DNA of 64,000 bases from a virus: the IMG/VR virus record IMGVR_UViG_3300025012_000054, positions 27,456-91,455 of that record; one strand, 5' to 3'. Below are positions 57,842 to 64,000 of the stretch, piece after piece (position 1 is the first letter of the stretch; each line of letters begins with the position of its first letter). The notes under the pieces were generated by a model. That model saw only the letters and a program-made list of their open reading frames with translations. It did not search any database and was not told the DNA's origin. Position numbers and translations under genes: made by a program.

Positions 57842-58193
57842 ATCGCCTCCGTCTATCTTTTATTTTTTGAATATGTGCTTTAATTATATCCGGTAAATAC
57901 ATGGGTTTAAAATTAGAAACGGATTCAATAACGACAAGAACGATGAGCATTGTGGCTGCTGGTCGAATCCAAGTACTAGAAAATGCGTATTCGCTACCAT
58001 CAAGGGGAACAAATTTTAAAATCGAGTAAACGACAGACCAATAGAGTCCTAGAAAAGAATACATCCATTTGCTCCAATTACCTACTTCTTCACGATTACG
58101 CACCGCATGAATAAAATTAGTGACACCTACAATAAATCCTCCCAAGATATTGACATATAACAATATCTGTGCAAACACATTTAATACCACCAT
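57828..58193 (-). CDS. Membrane protein
   Basis: Three hydrophobic segments. Confidence 0.6.
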   Translation of the reverse strand: MVVLNVFAQILLYVNILGGFIVGVTNFIHAVRNREEVGNWSKWMYSFLGLYWSVVYSILKFVPLDGSEYAFSSTWIRPAATMLIVLVVIESVSNFKPMYLPDIIKAHIQKIKDRRRRYDKS

Positions 58194-58220
58194 AGGCGCA
58201 ATTCTCCTTTCGAAATAATT

Positions 58221-58249
58221 AGGAGGGATATCGTTATAATACCCCTCCT
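58221..58249 (-). terminator. Terminator after the major tail gene
   Basis: AGGAGGG/CCCTCCT stem. Confidence 0.55.
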
Positions 58250-58264
58250 GTTATCGAAAAAAGA

Positions 58265-59320
58265 TTAAGCGGTTGTCACAATACTAATGGTATCATGTAA
58301 CAAGCCGGCATCCGCATCGACATATGAAGCAGTGACAGTAGCAAGCCATCCGGCTGCAACAGCAGATCCTGCCGTCACCAAGCCAGTATGGAGTCCTACA
58401 TTGAAATTGGCTGCAAGAGTTGTTGAACCGCTGGTTACAATAAACGAAGCCGTTGTAGTAACATCTACGTTAGATAGCAAGCCACCACGAATACCCCAAA
58501 GAGTAATTTGTTTGCTCTTAGGCAATCCGGCCGCAACAGAGAATGACAGCGTGGCAGGGCTGGCTGCCAAGGAAAGAATTGAAGGTGTGGTGTCGGCGAC
58601 AGGAATCCAGGTCACTTTGGCATAGTATTCGCCGGTGTCGCAATCGCTTGAAGCCACGGCAAGGGCACTACCTTCGAGAGCCTGATTGCTGACCCCATTG
58701 GCTGCAAAACTCAAGGTGTAGTTACCAGTAACTTGGAAACTCGGAATATTGATCTGAACGTAATTCTGGATCGCGCCGGTGTTGTCGCGCTCTTCTGCAA
58801 TAAGCGTAAGGTCTACGACTGTAGGCGGAAGAACGGTTTCAACGGTAATTTGATCCGCAGTAATGGTGTATTCATAGATTGCATTAACGCGATCATCTGC
58901 ACCACCACTAATTGTAATTACACTGCCAACAGGAGTTACGGTTTCAATCAAGCCATTAGAAAGAACAACGCTGACGTCACCCAGCGGGGTATCAAGCAAG
59001 GTGCCGCTACCACTAGCAGAGAGAACAAGACAATCTGTTTTTACCGCTGTAACGCTACTATTCAAAACGCTTGTACCGGCATTAAGAGCAAGGATGGTTT
59101 TATTAAATGTTGCCTCTGTGATTTTTACTTCAACTTTTCTGTCATGAATATAGGTATAAAGCAGGGGGTTGTTCCTGCCACCTCTCACTTCTGTTGCCTG
59201 CGTGGTTATTGTTAATGCGCTATCGATATTGGCTGTACCATAAGCAAGTGCATTGCCAGTAGTTGCATCACGAAGAATTGCGTCGGCAACTGTAACCAAG
59301 AATCTATTCGAGTCTGTCAT
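58265..59320 (-). CDS. Major tail (tube) protein with C-terminal Ig-like extension
   Basis: EVRGG.GN-type loop (EVRGGRNNPLLY), T/A/S-rich, strong RBS, followed by a terminator. Confidence 0.75.
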   Translation of the reverse strand: MTDSNRFLVTVADAILRDATTGNALAYGTANIDSALTITTQATEVRGGRNNPLLYTYIHDRKVEVKITEATFNKTILALNAGTSVLNSSVTAVKTDCLVLSASGSGTLLDTPLGDVSVVLSNGLIETVTPVGSVITISGGADDRVNAIYEYTITADQITVETVLPPTVVDLTLIAEERDNTGAIQNYVQINIPSFQVTGNYTLSFAANGVSNQALEGSALAVASSDCDTGEYYAKVTWIPVADTTPSILSLAASPATLSFSVAAGLPKSKQITLWGIRGGLLSNVDVTTTASFIVTSGSTTLAANFNVGLHTGLVTAGSAVAAGWLATVTASYVDADAGLLHDTISIVTTA

Positions 59321-59371
59321 ATGTTATTTTCTCCTTTTTTATTTAGTTATAATTCAAATTATCGGAACATC

Positions 59372-60157
59372 TTATTTTCCAAGGACGGCTTTATTCTTGT
59401 CAAAAAATGTCTCCGACGCTATCAATATATCATCATATCTTCCTTTTTTACCTCGGTGATAAAGATAATGTTTTAGCTCTCCGCCTTTCATTTTGATCTC
59501 ACCAGAGGCTATAAGAGGTTGATATAAATCAAATTGTTTTAACGTTATCATTCTATCAAATATGTTTTGCAACTGATATATAGTATATTCACCAATTTCT
59601 TCGGGATTTTTACGCAATAAAATAGAAAGTGTAAATATCTGATCGGCGAAATCTATATCAGATCTGCCATGTGAGCGTATTAATTTCTGCTCCAGTTCAG
59701 GATGGTACTGATTCACATATTCTATGCTACTGCCGTTTTGTTCCAGTATGATTTCCCGCAGTTCTTCAAATTCCCATTCATTGATTTCCACGTCGTCAAT
59801 AATAAGATAGACCATGGAGTTTTCACCGCTGTAGGGTTTGCCGCTGTCTATAATGTGAGTTTCTATTTTTACTTTTTGTCTTTTGGTTACATATTTGAAG
59901 AAATCCTCAATATCTTCGATGGTTTTATCCCTGATGTCTTTATCCGCAGATATGGCGATAATAAATCTGAGATAACTCATCTTTATTACGTCTTTATCTG
60001 CTACAAAATTCTTGGGATATGTAAAAATATTATAAAAAGCGCTAAAATATTTCATATCTTTTATTTTGACGGGATAGAATTCCAGTCCTTTATAAATCTG
60101 AGATAAGCCAAATACGTCGTTGCTACTAATATATGATTTTGACAGGTCTTCATTCAT
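59372..60157 (-). CDS. Morphogenesis protein (SPbeta YomV-like position)
   Basis: FEELREIILEQN, YTIYQ motifs; synteny. Confidence 0.55.
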   Translation of the reverse strand: MNEDLSKSYISSNDVFGLSQIYKGLEFYPVKIKDMKYFSAFYNIFTYPKNFVADKDVIKMSYLRFIIAISADKDIRDKTIEDIEDFFKYVTKRQKVKIETHIIDSGKPYSGENSMVYLIIDDVEINEWEFEELREIILEQNGSSIEYVNQYHPELEQKLIRSHGRSDIDFADQIFTLSILLRKNPEEIGEYTIYQLQNIFDRMITLKQFDLYQPLIASGEIKMKGGELKHYLYHRGKKGRYDDILIASETFFDKNKAVLGK

Positions 60158-60166
60158 AGTCTGCTC

Positions 60167-60742
60167 CTATCCCAAGGCATTACTGCACATAACCACAGAC
60201 ATGCCTTTATAGGGAATACTCCCTATTACACCAACTCTACATCTTGACGACGCTCTGGCGTTAAAGTATAATCTACCCACGCCTTCGATGTCGGCGCCAT
60301 TTAGCACCTCTATCAGTCTTTGTATAATAACTGCATTTCTTGTGGCATAGTTGGTCATGGTGGAAAGACTGTAATGACTGTAGACTTCGAAAAGCACGGA
60401 GGAAGTACCATAGATGTGATTGGCAGGAACAACTTCAGCCGGACTTATTCTCAATATTGTAGCAGCAACTGTCCAGCTCTGATCTTGTCCTACATCGAAG
60501 AATACCCTGTGGTCGATTTCGTCGCCCTCGCCATTCCATATCAACGCACCTTTTTCGGCTTTGCTGAGATCGGCATGTAGTGAGGAATTCCAAGCATCAG
60601 CAGTTGTATATTTTAACAACCTCCATATTAATTCATCGTTATCCATAAGATATGAGCAGATGTTATAACTCATTTGAGGGAGTAGGCTGAATTTATTATA
60701 AGCCCATTGATTACTGTCTAAATTAGGATCGATATTAGGCAT
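60167..60742 (-). CDS. Head-tail / tail terminator-like protein
   Basis: Synteny; WRLLKY motif. Confidence 0.5.
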   Translation of the reverse strand: MPNIDPNLDSNQWAYNKFSLLPQMSYNICSYLMDNDELIWRLLKYTTADAWNSSLHADLSKAEKGALIWNGEGDEIDHRVFFDVGQDQSWTVAATILRISPAEVVPANHIYGTSSVLFEVYSHYSLSTMTNYATRNAVIIQRLIEVLNGADIEGVGRLYFNARASSRCRVGVIGSIPYKGMSVVMCSNALG

Positions 60743-60746
60743 AATG

Positions 60747-62027
60747 TCACCATGCTCCCTTCAAATTAACACTTATTTGTTTTACAAAACTACCACTTGT
60801 GGCATTTACGAGTAGAGGATAATCCAAGTATTTATTGACATTATTTATTGTAAAGACGTTATTGCCTACAGCAGTCATTGTATAATTTGCTGTCGGTACA
60901 TTGGCGTCTGCAAGCGGGAATGTAAATACATCGGCTTGTTGTATGCCGTTAGTATATACGTAGGCAGTAAATATCTTAGACTCATCTTCTAATATGAATG
61001 TATCATCTGATGGTGTTATCCGTACTTCTTCTGTTGAAACACCGGAAGTACTTACTGTTACCGCGGCACTTGCTGAAACCGTGGAATTACTAGCCATGGT
61101 GGAAGTAATTACGGCAACACCAGAAGCACTTAGAGTCAAAGAACCTGTTGTTGAAACCCCGACTTTTGCCGCGTCGCTACTAGTGTATACTACGGATTTG
61201 GTGATAGGATCTCCGTTGAGTGTTACAGTAGAAACCAGTTGACGTGTTTCTCCGACATTTCCTGTTATTACCGCAGGTGTTAGAGACAAGGCATAGACGT
61301 TGTCATAGTAGTTTGCTATGCCCAAACTGAGGTTATCGAGGTCGTTGTTTATTTCCCAACCACCTACTGTTAACGTAAGCAATCTGCTAGTTGTATCGTC
61401 ATCGGTCTCTTGGTTTTGAGTATTTTGAACGCCGTTGCCAAATACGCGCCAACACAATCTATTATTGGGGCGACCAAATAGAAATCTCTGTCCGCCTTTG
61501 ATTAATTCAGTATTAGAATTTAGTTGCACATATATGTCTATGTAGCCCTGTGGTATGATCAAATTTTCTGCCGTAAGTGTATCTTTACTTCTAGCTATTT
61601 TATAATCAATGGCACACGGTTCCTCATAGTAAACTCCGTTGTCGCCAATCCAGCGAAGATATTCGTTGGCTCTCCTAACCATACAGTTATTTGACAGCGA
61701 TTTTATCGTGTCGCTATAAACACATATCCAGTAATTATTTTCGAAATAATATTTTGTACCTATACCTGCAATATGAGTGTCGCTTGGTTTGAATATCAAC
61801 TGTTTGAAATCATCACTCAGCCGAGCGCCAGTCATGTTATCAATAGCAGAGGTTACTCTTGCGGTTGCATCTACTAAAGATCCACTGGCAAAACTTGATT
61901 CTCGTTTAATTACATACACGTCTGAAGCAACTTCAAACTGCTGATTCACAAGAGCATCAAATTCTTCAACTAGTATGGAACTTGCGCTTATAGCAGGAGG
62001 AGATAATTGATAATATTTTAATCCCAT
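60747..62027 (-). CDS. Head-tail joining protein with Ig-like domains
   Basis: QRFLFG motif; C-terminal Big_2-like repeats (YTSSD...V...G). Confidence 0.6.
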   Translation of the reverse strand: MGLKYYQLSPPAISASSILVEEFDALVNQQFEVASDVYVIKRESSFASGSLVDATARVTSAIDNMTGARLSDDFKQLIFKPSDTHIAGIGTKYYFENNYWICVYSDTIKSLSNNCMVRRANEYLRWIGDNGVYYEEPCAIDYKIARSKDTLTAENLIIPQGYIDIYVQLNSNTELIKGGQRFLFGRPNNRLCWRVFGNGVQNTQNQETDDDTTSRLLTLTVGGWEINNDLDNLSLGIANYYDNVYALSLTPAVITGNVGETRQLVSTVTLNGDPITKSVVYTSSDAAKVGVSTTGSLTLSASGVAVITSTMASNSTVSASAAVTVSTSGVSTEEVRITPSDDTFILEDESKIFTAYVYTNGIQQADVFTFPLADANVPTANYTMTAVGNNVFTINNVNKYLDYPLLVNATSGSFVKQISVNLKGAW

Positions 62028-62040
62028 ATGTTACGCCTCC

Positions 62041-62517
62041 CTAAACCGCTCTGTGATCAAAGTCTTGGTTCTGCCAGTCAACCCAGTCTAGTTTTCTGAA
62101 GCCGTAATTGTTGAGTAGTTGACTGATTTCTTCAGTTTTCATAATGTAGTATTCCTTCTTAGCTTGAAGATTCTGAGCAGAAGAAAAAGTTTTAAAATCC
62201 CTGTCGGTTATAAAGTTTTGCATTTGCAGGACGTCGCTAATAGACTTAGCCATCCAGTATTTTACCATAATTTGACTGAGGATTATTTTATTTTCTGTAG
62301 ACAACACAACAGAAAAACTACCTTCGGTTGTTCCGCTCGTAGGAGCATATGTTAGTACTTGATCGCATTCATTGAACTCTACGATGGCGTCCATCAACCA
62401 GGGTTCCAGATATTCATTAAGCACGAAACTTCCACTGGTATTATAGATGGTATCCAAGCGGTAATCGGTTACGCGCATGAGAAACAGATCATTTATTTCC
62501 GATGATAATGTTCCCAT
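62041..62517 (-). CDS. Head-tail connector-like protein
   Basis: FL..VTDY, E..ILS..M..W, DFKTFS.AQ.L..K; synteny. Confidence 0.6.
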   Translation of the reverse strand: MGTLSSEINDLFLMRVTDYRLDTIYNTSGSFVLNEYLEPWLMDAIVEFNECDQVLTYAPTSGTTEGSFSVVLSTENKIILSQIMVKYWMAKSISDVLQMQNFITDRDFKTFSSAQNLQAKKEYYIMKTEEISQLLNNYGFRKLDWVDWQNQDFDHRAV

Positions 62518-62544
62518 AAACCTCCTTCCTGTTGTATTATAGAA

Positions 62545-62570
62545 GTACGGTAGCCTAATGACTACCGTAC
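62545..62570 (-). terminator. Hairpin / probable terminator
   Basis: GTACGGTAG/CTACCGTAC stem. Confidence 0.55.
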
Positions 62571-62611
62571 CCATAAAAGTTTTTTATTAGGCGTGTACCT
62601 AAAGGCAGTTC

Positions 62612-63259
62612 CTACTCGTTTTTAATTTCATTAATTTCTTGCACAGCCTTTACCCTGGCGTTGATGTCAACCCCAGATACTTTGGATATGCTGTTGACGA
62701 GATTAAAATCTACGGGTTCATTAGCAACCATTTTTTGTATGATAAAATCAACAACAATTTTTTGCTGCTTGGGATTGGCTACTTGAAACAGGCTAAGAGC
62801 ATCTTTATGATTACTCAAAATTTGTTCAATTTGCACCTTGGTTAATATGTGAGCATATGTTTCTTCCAGTCCCTGAGATTTAATTACACGATCATCTAAA
62901 ATCAGATAATAACCGGCTTCCAGAAAATTAGGATGATTGGCATTAATATCCAGTAGATCTCCAAATACGATGTTACGGGTTTCACCAAATTTCATAAAAC
63001 TATAATGTTTACCCTGCCTGCCTTGAGCGGTGGATAAATTTAACTTATTATTACATAATGACATTACTTTTATATATTCATTTTGAGGAATATCGGCAAA
63101 AAGGCGGTTTTCAGCAGGTATTTCTATTTTATCGCCACCAACTTTTTGTGATGCCATTACTAATTTTGTAAGTTCTTCTACTTGTTTTCGAAGTTGAGAA
63201 ACTTCATCCTCGGTATTCGAGGGTTTGATTTCCCTGTCTAAAGACTTAGGACGTGCCAT
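62612..63259 (-). CDS. Morphogenesis protein (SPbeta YonA-like position)
   Basis: AAGGAG RBS; synteny. Confidence 0.55.
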   Translation of the reverse strand: MARPKSLDREIKPSNTEDEVSQLRKQVEELTKLVMASQKVGGDKIEIPAENRLFADIPQNEYIKVMSLCNNKLNLSTAQGRQGKHYSFMKFGETRNIVFGDLLDINANHPNFLEAGYYLILDDRVIKSQGLEETYAHILTKVQIEQILSNHKDALSLFQVANPKQQKIVVDFIIQKMVANEPVDFNLVNSISKVSGVDINARVKAVQEINEIKNE

Positions 63260-63303
63260 TTTATATTTCTCCTTTTGTGGTATTATAATACCATTTTTAA
63301 TTT

Positions 63304-63954
63304 TTATTCCGGTAATTTGATTTCACCGGAAGATATTCGCTGTTTGAATTCTTCAAATTGAGCGGGGGTGTTATTGCCATGACCATAGAGTTTATGATAA
63401 AGTACATGAACTGATTTTTTCATCACTGCACCCAGTCCATATTTATTGTGTAATTCTACTATTCTGAACAAAACATCTGTGCCATATTTGCTGTATGCGC
63501 TCGTATAGTAGTTTTCATCACTTATACCAAATTCCGCCATTGCTGCTTTGGCAATAGTTTCAAACGAGGTGATATGATGAACATCGATGGGAACATTTGA
63601 CTCTCCGGTTATACAACAAGTATAGTTTGCTGCTCGGAGAGAGGCAATAGTCCAAGGATCGAGCCTAGCTCTTGCAGCAACCCAAATTTTACTAACTCCG
63701 CCCTTCCACGTTGAAGATCCTTCTCCTCGATTATTATATGCTCTTAAATCTATTCTGCATTGACGGCATGTTGGAAATTTTACAAAATCCCTAACCATTC
63801 GAAATGTTTCATGCCCAAGAGAGCACTTGTAATGAATTTTGCTCGCACCTGTTTTATAGCCTTCGGGAAAAGAAACAAATTCTAAAGAATTATCAAGAAG
63901 AATTTTTAACAACTCTTTTTCTGGAAATCTGTTTACATAGAAGTTTTCAATCAT
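63304..63954 (-). CDS. HNH endonuclease
   Basis: C..GH, WKGG, CCITG...DVHH...H..YH..YG.GNNTP.QF.EF. Confidence 0.75.
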   Translation of the reverse strand: MIENFYVNRFPEKELLKILLDNSLEFVSFPEGYKTGASKIHYKCSLGHETFRMVRDFVKFPTCRQCRIDLRAYNNRGEGSSTWKGGVSKIWVAARARLDPWTIASLRAANYTCCITGESNVPIDVHHITSFETIAKAAMAEFGISDENYYTSAYSKYGTDVLFRIVELHNKYGLGAVMKKSVHVLYHKLYGHGNNTPAQFEEFKQRISSGEIKLPE

Positions 63955-64000
63955 ACATTTTTTACAGCCAAAATCTCTTTTTAAATCGGCGTATGGTAAA

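Noticed and set aside
953-62845. Numerous short opposite-strand or alternate-frame ORFs in the track (for example 6098..6496, 20673..21068, 58733..59215)
   Set aside because: They lie within well-supported genes and show no RBS or motif support, so they are treated as shadow ORFs.

Overview
64 kb of a large, AT-rich tailed (siphovirus-type) phage or prophage. The gene order of its morphogenesis module resembles Bacillus SPbeta-like phages (inference); the host cannot be determined from this window. The + strand (1-39 kb) carries glycosyltransferases, a tyrosine recombinase, two long arrays of small accessory genes (about 4-18 kb and 25.6-35 kb, with four DNA methyltransferases, RtcB, a NADAR-like protein, a GNAT, HNH endonucleases and tRNA-CAT), a replication operon (Sak4-like ATPase, SSB, primase-helicase, PD-(D/E)XK nuclease, DnaE) and nucleotide metabolism genes (ThyX-like, 5'-nucleotidase, Gmk, class II RNR, MazG). 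The - strand (39-64 kb) carries lysis and tail/head-tail genes. Main observations: (1) About 47 copies (41 exact) of an 18-bp palindrome, ATRAAA-N6-TTTYAT, sit almost only at junctions between accessory genes, with empty tandem pairs, and are absent from the core operons. With two catalytically intact tyrosine recombinases this suggests an integron-like, phage-borne gene-cassette system. (2) A canonical hammerhead ribozyme held inside a 23-bp stem lies directly upstream of rtcB. (3) A group I intron with a homing endonuclease splits the tape measure gene. (4) A tail-tube paralog has its polymerisation loop moved to the N-terminus. (5) Virion proteins are rich in S-[AG]-S motifs, in a genome that encodes glycosyltransferases. 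All calls come from manual reading; no database searches were run.
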